From Octopus sinensis (Eukaryota), in NCBI RefSeq assembly GCF_006345805.1, contig NC_043004.1, forward strand, positions 105,028,001 to 105,092,000: 64,000 nucleotides of DNA. The letters are read 5' to 3'. Made by a program: the position numbers and the translations under genes. Shown here piece after piece: positions 25,521 through 39,693 of the stretch; the stretch's first letter is position 1; every line of letters begins with the position of its first letter. Under the pieces are notes generated by a model that did not search any database, was not told where the DNA came from, and worked only from the letters and a program-made list of their open reading frames with translations.

Positions 25521-26211
25521 GAACAATCTTGTATAAAAACGTTTAGTATTATCTTTAAATTTTAAAATATTCTGTAACAGAAATATTGCCAACATTCGTT
25601 CAGAGTCAAGAGCCCAACAAGAGTCATGATAAATAACGATCCCAATGAATCTAATATATGCATCATGGAGAATCTTGTTCTTCCAATCAGGGAAAAAAAT
25701 AGCTTATGAATCCATATACTAAAAGATCTGACCGATTTTTTTCCTTATGGTTAACCAAACGGAACTTTTTTCCTTCCAAATTTACGCTGGTATTTGCCCC
25801 GTCGAAGGCAAAGAGAAAGGTACGATATTAGAAGGTTTAGCAGCTGAAACAGTCTAAGCTTTCCACCAAGTATTTGTCTTCCCAATTACTATGCATTTAT
25901 TTGGACAAGTTCTATCTCCAAGCAATAAGCCTGTCCTTCTACTTAACAGTAATATCAGTTACAATAGAGAAATTCTTGATTCTTGCGATTATCCCCCCCT
26001 CCTCATTTGGTGCAGGTCTCAATTGCCATTTCATAATTATGATACATGCTGTTGTCAGCAATTGATACTATAGGCTCAAGAACCGAGGATGCAAGGGGCC
26101 CCATTCCCCAATCTTTTGGCAGCGATGAAAATGCTTTGAACGTCCTAAGTTTGCACCCATTAAGCAAATCTCATTCCAACACTTATGTTTGATATATTTG
26201 TATTTATCAAT

Positions 26212-26242
<31 letters not shown>

Positions 26243-27379
26243 GATAGATAGATAGTTAGATACATACACACATATATATATAATCATCATCATCATCATC
26301 GTTTAACGTCTGCTTTTCATGCTGGCATGGGTTGGACGGTTTGACTGAGGACTGACGAGCCAGATGGCTACACCAGGCTCCAGTCTGATCTGGCAGAGTT
26401 TCTACAGCTGGATGCCTTTCCTAATGCCAACCACTCCGAGAGTGTAGTAGGTGCTTTTACGCGCCACCGGCACGAGAGCCAGTCAGGCGGTACTGGCAAC
26501 GGCCATGCTCAAATGGTGTATTTTATGTGTCACCTGCACAGGAGCCAGTCCAGCGGCACTGGCAATGACCTTGCTCAAATGTTGTTTTTCACGTACCAGT
26601 AAGGTGACGCTGGTAATGATCATGCTCGAATGGTGCTTTTTACGTTCCACTGGCATGGGAGCCAGTCAGTGGTCCTGACAATGATTACACTCAAATGGTG
26701 CTCTTAGCGCTCCACTAGCACGGATGCCAGTCATGCGGTGCCGTCATCAAATTTGATTTCGATTTCACCTGCCTCAACAGGTCTTCGCAAGCAGAGTTTA
26801 GTGTCCAATGAAGGAAAGGTACGTATAAGTGGGTTGGTTACACCACTGGTGTATGCCACTGCACTCTTGATTGTGAGATTGTGGGTTCAATTCCCTAACT
26901 GAACGTTGTGTTGTGTTCTTGAGCAAAGCACTTCATTTCCCATTGTTCAGTGATCATTTCATCATCTGACACATGGTGCACCTGTACAGGTAATGTTGAT
27001 TACCTGTATAGGGGGAGCGAGCTTATGTGTACACAAACATTTGATCACTATAAACAAATCATATCAGCAAGAAATTGCCGAACCCACGTATGTCGTCTAA
27101 CAACAGGAGAGTCCATGATTTATATACATAAAAAATAATAATTGTTGTTAGTCAATTATTGTTGATCAAGATTTCTCCATTTTCTGCTTAATTTAAATTT
27201 GATTACTGATAAACTCATGTTTATCTTTGTTGTTGCCTCTATCCTATGAGCATAATATGCTTGCATATGTAGACGAAGGGTTTACATAGATAATTATACC
27301 GGTAGTAAAAGTGATATTTTTATCCCTTAGACGGTTATTTCAACTTCTAACTCTACTAACTCATATATATATATATTTC

Positions 27380-27605
27380 TTTACTACCCACAAGGGGCTA
27401 AACATAGAGGGACAAACAAGGACAGACAAAGGGGTTAAGTCAATTACATCGACCCCAGTGCGAAATTGGTACTTTATTTATCGACCCCGAAAGGATGAAA
27501 GGCAAAGTCGACCTCGGCGGAATTTGAACTCACAACGTAACGACAGGCGAAATACCGCTTAGCATTTCGCCCGGCGCACTAACGTTTCTGCCATCTTGCC
27601 GCCTT
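27380..27605 (-). mobile_element. tRNA-derived SINE family D (central domain gcctttcatcctttcggggtcgataaa..gtacc)
   Basis: A/B-box head ggc..agctggcagaa..gagttcaaattcc. Other copies at about 20860-21000, 34158-37040 (array), 37700-38116, 43350-43740 and 58205-61365 (array). The core resembles the MetaSINE-type domain (from memory, unverified). Confidence 0.8.
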
Positions 27606-28249
27606 ATATATATATATATATATATATATCATCATCATCATCATTTAACGTTATATATATATATATATATCATCATCATCATCATTTAACGTCCGTTTTC
27701 CATGCTGGTATGGGTTGGACAGTTTGAGGTCTGGAGAGCCAGCGGCTGCACCAGGCTCCAATCTGATCTGGTAATGTTTCTACAGCTGGACACCTTTCCT
27801 AACGCCAACCACTCCAAGGATGTAGTGGATGCTTTTTATGTGCCACTGGCACAGGAGCCAGTCAGGCAGGCCTGGCATCGATCACGTTCGGATAGTGCTT
27901 TTTACATGCCACTGGCATGGGGGCCAGTCAGCGGGTACTGGCATTGACCACACTCAGATGGTGCTTTTTACATGCCACCAGCACAGGAGCCAGTCAGGCA
28001 GACCTGGCATTGGCCATGTTTGGATGGTGCTTTTTACATGCCATTGGCATGGGAACCAGTCAAGCGGACCTGGCATTGACCACGTTTGGATGGTGCTTCT
28101 GACGTGCCATCAGCACAGGAGCCAGTCAGTTCACAATGGAAAAAGAAAAAGACATTGTGTTAACAACAAACAAGATGAGGACAAATATCCATCAAGTATA
28201 AATAATCTAAATAATGTACTCCTTAATATAGAACTGTAATATATATATA

Positions 28250-28422
28250 AATTAATCAAAGAACATACTAAGTTTGTCTACCTGCTGGAAATAACAGTCA
28301 AAACTCTTATTTAAATTGGTTGATTTCTGTTGGTATTATCAGTGTTTTTCCAGTGATTTAAATAAGAGTTTTGATTGTTATTTCCAGCAGGTGGACATAC
28401 TTGGTATGTTGTTTGATTAATT
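28250..28422. repeat. MITE-like palindrome, about 67-bp arms
   Basis: aattaatcaaa...cctgctggaaataac..tcttatttaaat / atttaaataaga..gttatttccagcagg...tttgattaatt. Confidence 0.75.
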
Positions 28423-28599
28423 TTAATCCTTCAGCTATTTAATGGTTTTGGGGTGGGGGCCTGCAGTCACCTATATTATTGATTCTGTTATTATCATTTT
28501 TAATTGTTACATTAAGTAATAACAGAGTCAATAATATCTTCATAGATATTTTCTCCCAAATTATTTGCTCTGTATTGAAATATATATGTGTGTATATAT

Positions 28600-28632
<33 letters not shown>

Positions 28633-29039
28633 GGCACCTGTGTCAGTGGCACATAAAAAACACCACCCGAGCGTGGCCGTCTGCCAGCCTCGTCTGGCAC
28701 CTGTGTCGGTGGCACATAAAAAACACTATCCGAGCGTGGCCATCTGCCAGCCTCGTCTGGCACCTGTGTCGGTGGCCCATAAAATCACCCACTACACTCT
28801 CGGAGTGGTTGGCGTAGAAACACTGCCAGATCTGACTGGCCTGGTGCAGCCTTCGGGCTTGCCAGACCCCAGTTGAACCGTCCAACCCATGCTAGCATGG
28901 AAAGCGGACGTTAAACGATGATGATGATGATGATGATGATACACACATATATACAATATCATCAAAATTAATAATAATATCCTCAAAAATATATGCTAAT
29001 ACAACATTATTAAGGTTATTCAAACTGGTGAAATTCCAA

Positions 29040-30390
29040 CTGAACATATGAAAAAATTTAGCAGTTAATAAACGTTAACAAAAAGAAATGCCCAAATAGA
29101 ATTCTATCTAAGACCTTCCTTCATTCTACTAGAAGTAACATCATTGAGTAACAATATTGTTTTACAAAAATAAATATAAAAATAAAACCAAAAATAAACG
29201 TATTTAAGAAAAGTCCTTCAATTATTGGTGACATCAGGGAATGGTGAAATCAAAATAAAAAACATGAAACAACCATAAGAATTCTACATTATGATACTTG
29301 GAAAACTACATAGAAAAATCACCTAAAAAAGAGTGTTTTTCTATACAATTATTGGATAACTAAAGAATAACAGCTAAATATAAGAATTCTATGTTATGCT
29401 TAATAGAAACTTAGATACTTTATGTCACAATAATTAATTTTCTATTTACTCATTATATTAAACCTTTTATAACAATTAACCTTATATATTAGTTGAAAAA
29501 TTATTAGAGTTAGAATGATTATAAAATCTAGATTTTCAAATTGTAGTAGATGAACCAATATAATAATTCTTACAATCTCCTGTTATTACTTTACACTGAT
29601 ATACTATATTTTTGCTTAAACACTGATTTTCTAAAGGGCATAGAATTTTGTTTAGACAATTACACATGAATTTATTCACTTGTATATGGTACTCATAGTT
29701 AAAAGAATTTTCACTAGTACTTCTCTGCAAATTAGGTGTTAAGGTGGAATTATTATTATTATTACAATTAATATTAATGTAAGGTGAAAGCCTAACTGTA
29801 TTATCAAAGTTGTGATCAGTTATAGAATCGAGACCTTGTTCAGAAATAGTATCATTAATGTTAATTTCACTATACACATTATCTGTTCTACTTTTATCTA
29901 TAGATTTAGAATTTATATATTCCCTAATTCTCTGTTAATTGTGTGCTGCAATAATCTCAGCTAAATTTCTAGTGGTTGAATACAAAAACTTTATACTATG
30001 TCTATTAAATAATTTCCCATATTTACTTGAAGGTGGGAAATACCTATCTAGTGCTGCAAAGAATTTACGAGGGATATTATAAGCTATGCAATATGAGAAT
30101 AGAGCATTATACTATATAATATTTGTTGATCTATTCTTTTTATAATTAATATATGCTTTTTTGTTAGGTTATTATCTTTTTAGGTTATTTTTCTTTGTAG
30201 ATTTCTAATTGTCATAATGTAGAATTCATATGTTTTTTTTTAATTTTTAATCTTGATTTCATCATTCACTGATGTCACCAATAGTTGAATGACTTTTCTT
30301 AAATACATTTATTTTTGGTTTTATTTTTATTTTTATTTATATAAAACAATTTTGTTATTCAATGACGTTATTACTAGTTGAATGAAGGTG
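29040..30390 (-). mobile_element. Penelope-like element relic (RT thumb + GIY-YIG) with inverted 3' duplication
   Basis: Minus strand reads RKFFAALDRYFPP..KLFNRHSIKFLYS...IIAAHN*, then CNC..KILCPLENQCLSKNIVYQCKV...YYIGSS..KSRFYNH. Segments about 29115-29400 and 30095-30390 are inverted copies of each other. Confidence 0.8.
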
Positions 30391-30951
30391 ATTACATATA
30401 CATACAATAGCTTCTCTCAAATTCTTGTCTACCAAATCCACTCAAAGGTTTTTGGTCAGCTTGGGGCTGTAGTAGAAGATACTCAAAATGCCATCCAGTG
30501 GGGGTGAACCTGAAGCAAGATTCTTATCACACAGCCATAAAAAAGTTTTGATATTTGTGCATTTTTGTGAGCCTAAGTAAATGGAAAAAAAGTTCCAACT
30601 GGGAATTATCACCGTGTAGTTGTTGGATTCAGTTTACCAAAGTCTTAAAGCAGAAATATAGGACTTACTTTGTGTGTTTGAAATGATTTGTTTCCCTTTT
30701 TTTTCATTTTTGTTTTCTCTCTTTTCTTTTTCTGTTTTACAAAAGCAGTAAGCTTTTAAAGGGGAGAAGTAACTCTCACTTTGTACTAAGAAACTTTATG
30801 ATATGAGGGATAACTGGAACTAGGTCAATGGATTTGATCCATTGTAGATTTGCACAATAAACACTTCACTTCTGTTGTAGATTCTGCAGCAATAAAAACT
30901 TCACTTATGAAAAGAGAATAAGTTCTCTCTTATATTGTTTGTTCCACACAG

Positions 30952-31184
30952 ATTGCAAGAAAAACATGCACTAAACCTGGCTACACCATGTATCAAGAAT
31001 CTGTACTAAGATACCGACAGTATGCTGAAGGCAAAAAAGAAGACACATTTATACAGACATTAGCTACAAACCACATTTCCTGGGAAGAAATAACAGAAAA
31101 GAAAATGGTAGATTCTGCTGTGAAAAGAAAAGTGCGTTGTAAATTTGAAGAAGAAGAGAAGCAACTAGAAGAAAGGCAACTGAG
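30952..31184 (+). CDS. CFAP53: CFAP53-like exon 2
   Basis: cacag| acceptor; IARKTCTKPG...WEEITEKKMVDSAVKRKV...QLEERQLR; donor ag|gtaata, phase 2. Confidence 0.85.
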
Positions 31185-31876
31185 GTAATAACGAGTTAAT
31201 GTTATTTATAATTTCCTGTTCCCTGTTGTATAACTGCCTGGTCTTTCTGTTTCTGACTTGAACACATTCAGCATAAAATATTTATAAGTAACCTTTTTGA
31301 ATTGTTTAGTCAGATGAGGAAGAACAATACATATGACCCTATTTGGGGCAGACAAGAAACCTGGCTTCAATGCTTGCAACAGAGTGGATTCTATCAAAGA
31401 AACCGAAGGGCCAAATAGTTGAGTTTAACTGGGTGGCAGATTAAGTTTGCCATGAGATCAGTCCCTCTGGTAGGATTCCTCACAGATTCTATCTACCAAA
31501 ATTTCACACATAAGCTTTCGATTGACCCAAGGCTATGGTAGAAGACTGAACCTGAAACTATGAAGTTGTGAAACGAATTTTTTAGCAACATAGCCATCTA
31601 CCTCTCTACCCATTAACCCTTCCTTCCTTCATTCATTCTGTCATTTAGTCATTAAATCATTCACACTTCAAATCCTTCGTTCTTTTAGTTGTTTGGTTAG
31701 TCACTCAATCTGTTATTTAGTCAACTCCCTTTCATGTATTTAGTCAGTCATTCATTCTGTTGTTTATTCTGTCATTCATCCTGTTATACAATCCTTTATT
31801 CAATTATTCAGTTATTCTCTCCTTTTTTTTTCATTCTCTCATTCTTTATGGCTATTTTGCACAATTCCTACTACAG

Positions 31877-32050
31877 GTTGAAAAAGTTATTATCAGATGA
31901 AGAAAATGCACTGCTTAATGAGATTGAATCAGTTCCTCTTACAATAGAACAGCAAAAGGAATCAATGCGTCAAAGAGCAAAGCAATTAAGAGAAAAGAGA
32001 GAGGAAGAAAGACAAAAATTAGTCCAAGAAAAACTGGATCAAAAGTTTCG
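31877..32050 (+). CDS. CFAP53: CFAP53-like exon 3
   Basis: ctacag| acceptor; RLKKLLSDEEN...ERQKLVQEKLDQKFR aligns to human KLRELLALEEN...VAEKLDQQFR; donor cg|gtaaga. Confidence 0.92.
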
Positions 32051-34825
32051 GTAAGATTCTTTCGTCTAATTAGATATTGTCTTATGGTAAGTAAATTTAG
32101 AGACCACATGGTTAGTAAGCCTGCCACACCAAGTCTTGGTTGTGAAGGAGTGGAGAGAGTTTAATAACTTATTGCAGAGTAGCTTCATTAATTTAACCCC
32201 ATTTGATACCTGTCTTAGACAGCTCTACAACTACTCACCTGTTAGTAACCCACCTGAAAATGCATGTACTAAATTAATATTAAAATAGAAATGCTGACTG
32301 AAGCCCTGTTATTAACAGGATTGTGATGTTGTTATATAATCTAAGGTCAATCTTAATCAAGCAAAGGCATTGAGGCTGTGATCTTGCTATCTTTCATTAA
32401 GTGTAATGAGGACTTCATTATCTAATGCATTCTTTCTTTATTTCAGATGTAATTTGAAAGAGATTTGGTTACAATTTCTATCAAGTTGAGCAACCACATA
32501 GCTTCCTTGTTGGTGCATTGTTTTTATTATGAGATTTCAGTTGATAAAAGTGTAACCATACTGATAAGTTTTATCCCAAGCCCCAGATTAGTATGAATGA
32601 TAAAATAAGAAATATTGCTCTGTTTGATGTGAGAAATGAATTTTGATATTTTAAAAGAGGGTTCTCTTTAAATTTGCCAAACCATAACTCATTTCCTCAA
32701 ACTCATCAGTTTCACAGAACCAATAACTAATAAAAAAGCTATGATAATTATAGTACACCTTGTAAAATTGTTGATTGAGGAATGCAGGCAGATTTTGTTA
32801 TTTTTATTTCATGGCTTAATCAGTGGCCATGACCTTTTGCTGAATGTCTGAGAATGGTGGAAAGAAAGTGAGTTGGAAAGTATGATTTATGCATTACTCA
32901 AGTAAGGAGCAGTGTATCATGTTATCAAGATATCTTAAGACTGAAGATTTTTGTTCAAACGCTTGCAACAAAGTGGTATCTGCTAAAGGCACTTTAGAGT
33001 TCGGTAACGGCATTAAATCAAATATTTACTTAAGTTTACTCTCTTTTACTTGTTTCAGTCATTTGACTGTGGCTATGCTGGAGCACTGCCCTTAGTCGAG
33101 CAGATCGACCCAGGACTTATTCTTTGTAAGCCTAGTACTTATTCTATCGGTCTCTTTTGCCAAACTGCTAAGTTATGGGGGCGTAAACACACCACCATCG
33201 GTTGTCAAGCAATGTTGGGGGAACAAACACAGACACACGAACATATACACACACATACATATATATACGTATATACGACGGGCTTCTTTCAGCTTCCGTC
33301 TACCAAATCCACTCACAAGGCTTTGATCGGCACTAGGCTATAGTAGAAGGCACTTACCCAAGGTGCCACGCAATGGAAATGAACCCAGAACCATGTGGTT
33401 GGTAAGCAAGCTACTTACCACACAGCCACTCCCAATGCCACTGCTCAACTGGCCTACAAACCAACTTGTGATGGTGAATGCTACAACTATGTGAGCAGTG
33501 GTGGGAGTTGTTTAAAGGCTTCAGTTCAGTGTAATACTTGCAATGCAACCAATGCAGAAACCGTCCATACCATTGTGGCTGATGACTGCTTCTGCAAAGC
33601 TAAATAATTTACCAGGTGGTTGAGAGTCATCAGGGGCCAGCAGCAAAGAGTATTGATGTTATTGGACCTGACACCTGTGTAAGAACTGTGACCGTTGACG
33701 TGGTTGCACTTATTAATGTGTCTAGGCACAGGTGTGACTGTGTGGTCAACGGTTTGCTTTGGAACTGCATGGTTTCTTGTTCAGTCCCACTTTGTGACAC
33801 CTTAGGCAAGTATCTTCTGTAGTTCTGACCTAACCTAAGCCTTCTGATTGGATTTGGAGAAAAAAACCTCTCATATATATAATGTGTGCAACTGTTTTCT
33901 TAGCTTAACATCGTTTGATAGCTGTACATGAGTGTCACTGTCAATGCAAGTGGTCTCCTTAGTGTTCTAATCTTCTTTGAAGATATGTCTGATCATGGGG
34001 AAATATCACCTTACTTGGAAACAGGTAAGGGTTGGTGACAACAAGGGCATCCAACTGTAGAAAATTCATCTCAACAAGTTCTTTCTGACTCATGAAAGCA
34101 TAGAAATGTGGACATTACAACAATGATGATGCTGATACCTTCTGATGAAAGATATAAAGGTGGCAAGCTGGCAGAAATGTTAGCACGCTGGACAAAATGC
34201 TTAGCTGTATTTCATCTGCCGCTACGTTCTGAGTTCAAATTCCGCTGAGGTTGATTTTACCTTTCATCCTTTCAGGGTCGATAAATTATGTACCAGTTAT
34301 GCACTGGGGTCGAAATAATCGACTTAATCTGTTTGTCTGTCCTCATTTGTCCCCTCTGTGTTTAGCCCCTGGTGGGTAGTAAAGAAATAGGTATTTTGTC
34401 TGCCGTTATGTTCTGAGTTCAAATTCCGCCGAGGTCGATTTTACCTTTCATCCTTTCAGGGTCGATAAATTATGTACCAGTTATGCACTGGGGTCAATAT
34501 AATCGACTTAATCCATTTGTCTGTCCTTGTTTGTCCCCTCAGTGTTTAGCCCCTTGTGGGTAATAAAGAAATAAGATATATCCACAAATCCTATTGTATT
34601 GAATGTAATTTGACATGCATATTATTATTACACATTGCACATACTGCCTACTGCTATAACATTGCATCCATATTGCACACAGAGCATGTCCAGTTCCTGG
34701 TAATTGGTCTGTAAATTTGAAACACCGAGTTCCACTGCTGGAAAACTGTCTGCTGTTTTAACAAGATCCTTCAGAATGTTTTGTTTTATTTTTCTCTTTA
34801 CCTTTCCTCTTTTTTCTTTGACTAG

Positions 34826-35129
34826 TTTGGAATGTGACCCACTGCGAACTGCTACCTCCAAACGACTTGTACAAGAGATCGCAGAAGAACACAGAAGGAA
34901 TTCTAACAAGTTAGAATTAATTTGCAAGGAGAAACAAATGGTTGATGGCATTTTTAGAGAAATGAACAAGAAGGAATATCAGAAAATGCTTGAGAAAGAA
35001 GAGAAAGAAAACAAGGAGAGGAAGGCGAGGAACAAGGAAGTTGCTAATGTTCTTCGAGAACAAATGGCTGAATTGGAAGAGAACAAGCGCAGAGAAGAAA
35101 AGTTAAAAGAAGAAGAACTTAAACTGCTC
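34826..35129 (+). CDS. CFAP53: CFAP53-like exon 4
   Basis: gactag| acceptor after a polypyrimidine tract; (R)LECDPLR...EEKLKEEELKLL coiled coil; donor ctc|gtaaaa, phase 0. Confidence 0.9.
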
Positions 35130-36582
35130 GTAAAAATGCTTCTTTATTTTTTGCTATACAAAGTTGAAAATAAAAGTGTGTGTGTCAGTGTGTCTATATT
35201 TTTGTATGTGAAGTTATCTATTTGTGTGTTTGTGTATATCTAGTTGTGTGTGTGTTTGTGTCTATATACCTGTTTTCTATGTATATGTCTATGTGCCTAT
35301 GCATATATACCTGTATCTGTGTGTGCAGGTGATCAATCCAAATCAGTCTAAAGCTTTCAACAAGCTCAACCATTACTTCCATCAAGATATGTTCTTTAAA
35401 AGTCTCAAGGACTTGCAGAGATTCTTTGCAATGCCCTTCATTGCTGTTTTCTGGATATGGCCTGTTTTCATTTTTATGCCTATCTTTCAGAATCAATAAA
35501 AAAAAGACCAGTTGTACCAATTTCCCCTGAAATTGTTGGGTTTTCTGCCAAAATTTGAAACCATCATCATTATTATTATTAAAAAGGTGAAGGTAGCAAG
35601 CTGGCAGAATCGTTAGCACACCAGGTGAAATGCTTAGTGGTGTTCTGACTGCTGCTACGTTCCGAGTTCAAATTCCATCGAAGTTGACTTTGCCTTTCAT
35701 CCTTTCAGGGTTGATAAATTAAGGATCAGTTGAGCACTTGGGTTGATGTAATCGACTACTCTCCTTCCACCAAATTTCAGGCCTTGTGCCTCTAGTAGAA
35801 AGGATTATTAAAAATCTGTCAAGCAGAATCGTTAGCACGCCGGGTGGAATGCTTAGTGGTATTTCATCTGCCGTTATGTTCTGAGTTCAAATTCTGCCAA
35901 AGTTGACTTAGCTTTTCATTCTTTAGGAGTCAATAGATTAAGTATCAGTGCAACACTGGGGAGTGAGGGTTGTCAATGCAATCGAGTAGTCTCCTCCCCA
36001 CAAATTTCAGGCCTTGTGCCTATAGTAGAAAGGGTTATTATTATTATTATTAAAGCGGTGAGCTGCCTGAATCTTTAGCATAACAGATAAAGTGCTTAGC
36101 AGCATATTTTTTCCGTCTTTACTTTCTGAGTTTAAATTCTGTTGAGATTAACTTTGCCTTTCATCCTTACGTGGCTGATGAAATAAGCCCCAGTTGAGTG
36201 TTAGGGTTGATGTAATCAACTTACCCACTTACCCCAAATTACTGGCCTTGTGCTAATATTTCAAACCATTATTATTATTTTCATTAACCCATATTAACCC
36301 ACTGTCATCATTTGAGGACAGTTGTATTTTGTTTATTTACTGCAATAAAGGTTAACTGGATGCTCCATATGTTTACTCTCTCTCTTTTACTTGTTTCAGT
36401 CATTTGACTGCGGCCATGCTGGAACACCACCTTTAGTCGAGCAAATCGACCCCGGGACTTATTCTTTGTAAGCCCAGTACTTATTCTATCGGTCTCTTTT
36501 GCCGAACCGCTAAGTGACAGGGACGTAAACACACCAGCATCGGTTGTCAAGCAATGCTAGGAGGACAAACACAGACACACAA

Positions 36583-36620
<38 letters not shown>

Positions 36621-37049
36621 GACAGGCTTCTTTCAGTTTCCGTCTACCAAATCCACTCACAAGGCATTGGTCAGCCCGGGGCTATAGCAGAAGACACTTG
36701 CCCAAGATGCCATGCAGTGGGACTGAACCCGCAACCATGTGGTTGGTTAGCAAGCTACTTACCACACAGCCACTCCTGCGCCTATGTTTGTTATCCCTAT
36801 TTATATAACTATCTTCAAGATTTCGATAGGGTTAACCTGGGTTAAACAGCTGGTAGAGTCATTAGCACACTGGACAAAGTGCTTGGTGGCATCTTTGTTG
36901 TTTGTCTTCACTTTCTGAGTTCAAATTCTGCTGAGGATCAATAAAATAAGTACCTGTTGAATTCTGGGGTTGATGCAATCAACTAGCCCCCGCCTCCAAA
37001 ATTTCAGACCTTGTACTTGTAGTAGAAAGGATTATTATTACTATTGAGT

Positions 37050-37470
37050 GAGAGAGCTGTGCCTGCTGTCAGAGTGGCACTAGGATACAAATATACAAAG
37101 CTCAGTGTACCCACCATGACTACCTGTCTGATAAGGGTATACAGGCACTTACATCACAACCATATATGCATGATATGGTGACTTTGTATCAAGACAAACA
37201 GCACGTGACCTTGCAGGTGGGGACCAGTTAGAATATTCCTAAGCTCATGTAGCCCATCCTGTTTAAACGGTCCCTGAATAACGGTTGTTTAAGGATGATA
37301 AATGAAACGACCATTTTTCCGTTGGTAAATTATTCAAATCCAAAACATCCGACTCAAAACATGGCTATGACATTCCCCCACCACACCTGCTTGTGATCAG
37401 AAATGCACATCTCGTCATCCATGAGGGGACATGCTTAACTGATTAAGGTCAAACAACTGACAAGCATATC
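37050..37470. repeat. Interspersed repeat, uncharacterised SINE-like
   Basis: Sequence ccttgcaggtggggaccag has a partial homolog at about 10825-10860; bounded by short tandem tails. Confidence 0.4.
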
Positions 37471-39693
37471 ATCATCATCATCATTGTCTTATCATCAGGT
37501 TTTGCACAATTTTTCAAGAATTTCTACTGCACCCCTCCTACACCTCCATGTTCCTTTGATATTTGCAGGATTGAATTTTGCTGAAGTAGAATTGTGTTTG
37601 TATGAAACATTTATTTTGTTTTGTTGCTTCTAGTATTTTTGTTATTTCTACAGATGTCTTACTTTTACAAACTGGACTCCTCTCCTCTCTCTCTTTCTCT
37701 CACTTATTTCTTTATTGCCCACAAGGGGCCAAACAGAGAGGGGACAAACAAGGACAGACAAAGGGATTAAGTCGATTATATCAACCCCAGTGCATAACTG
37801 GTACTTAATTTATCGACTCCGAAAGGATGAAAGGCATAGTTGACCTCGGCAGAATTTGAACTCAGAACGTAACGGCAGACAAAATACCTATTTCTTTATT
37901 ACCCACAAGGGGCTAAACACAGAGGGGACAAACAAGGACAGACATAGGTATTAAGTCGATTACATCGACCCCAGTGCGTAACTGGTACTTAATTTATCGA
38001 CCCCGAAAGGATGATAGGCAAAGTCGACCTCGGCAGAATTTGAACTCAGAACGTAACGGCAAACAAAATACCGCTAAGCATTTTGCCCGGTGTGCTAACG
38101 TTTCTGCCAGCTCACCACCTTTTCCAGTTGGGGTATCCACATATCTTCTCTACAGCAAGACAACTGTTTCTATCCCTCTAACATACTTTTTAACCTCTTA
38201 TCACCTAGAACAAAACCACCCCCTTCTATGCTGCACTCCCACTCTCGGTTGAAGGTGGGGGTCTTGTCTTGTAAATTACTTAATCATCTCCCTGATGTCG
38301 TTGCCATGTAAACAGCACCCAGTATATTCAGTAAAGTGGTTGACATTAGAAAGGGCATCAAGCTGTAGAAATTGTAGCAAAGCAGAACAATCAAATTACT
38401 TTGCCCCAGGGTAGCAGCACACTGGTGCTGCATGCCTCCGCTCTTTAAAAGCTAGCGGTGGAGGAATACATATGACAACTTCCACCCAGAGTAACAATGT
38501 GCACTTTTCAAGAGCGTTTATTCAGTTGCTGTCTAAATATTGGAATGTTAACACCTGGTTCCCTTTTGTCACTTTTTGCTTTATCCCATTCAGATGTAGA
38601 CACTAAACTATTGACAAACTTGTGGCTTGTCTAGCTCAACACACTATGGGATTTCTACCTCATCTCAGTACCACTTCAAAACTCATTGGATATTTTAGAT
38701 TTGCAGCCAAGTACCAGAGTTAACTACTTTGATGTGTATTAAGGAATTAACTCAGGTCTCCTACACCCTGTTGTCTTGTATGCTTATATCTCTGTTATGC
38801 CAGCTACTTCATGTGTGAGCAAGGAGTAAATTATGTTTGTTAACCAAAAACATTGCTTTCTGATATTTATCATTGCCTTTTTGTAAAACATGCATTTATA
38901 CATTTCAAACTGTCTTACGTGCACACATCCAAATATACTTCCTAAACTGGTAAAGCCCAACTCTTAATTTACCTCTTGTTACAAAATCATGCCAAAACAG
39001 ACATTGGAGCTTGGTGCAGTCTTCTCTGGCTTGCTAACTCCTGTTGAACTGTCCAACACAGACAATAAATGGGCGGTAGTGGCAGTAATGATGACAACGA
39101 AAATGACGATGGTGATGATGATGACAATTATTATTATTATTATCATTATTATCGAAATTGAAATCAAATTTGATGACTGGCATCCGTGCTAGTGGAGCGC
39201 TAAGAGTACCATATGAATGTGATCGTTGCCAGAGCAACAAACTGGACTCCATGCCGATGGCATGTAAAAAGTACCATTTGAGTATGATCGTTACCTGCGT
39301 CGCCTTACTGGCACTTGTACTGGTGGCATGTGAAAAAAACATTCGAGTGAGGTTGTTGCCAGTGCCACTGGACTGGCTCCTTTGCAGGTGGCACATAAAA
39401 AGCACCATTTGAGCATGGTCCTCATGCCAGTGGCTCGTAAAAGCACCCACTACACTCTTGGAGTGGTTGGCGTGAGGAAGGGCATCTATCTGTACAAACT
39501 CTGCCAGATCAAATTGCAGTCTGGTGTAGCCATCTGGTTTGCCAGACCTCAGTCAAATTGTCCAACCCATGCTAGCAAGGACATCGGACGTTAAACGATG
39601 ATGATGATGATCATCATCATCATCTTTTTTTTGTCTTCTTCTTCCTGTGTGCAGACTGTTACTTGAGACATTTTTTTTCTTTGTTACATTCAG

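Noticed and set aside
25560-26200. Protein-like minus-strand frame (GGGIIARIK) upstream of the CR1
   Set aside because: Multiple stops, composition unlike the CR1, and spacing inconsistent with it being the APE N-half.
27830-28130. Regularly spaced repeats resembling a CRISPR array
   Set aside because: Eukaryotic context, spacers are not unique, no cas genes; it is an RTE-UTR minisatellite.
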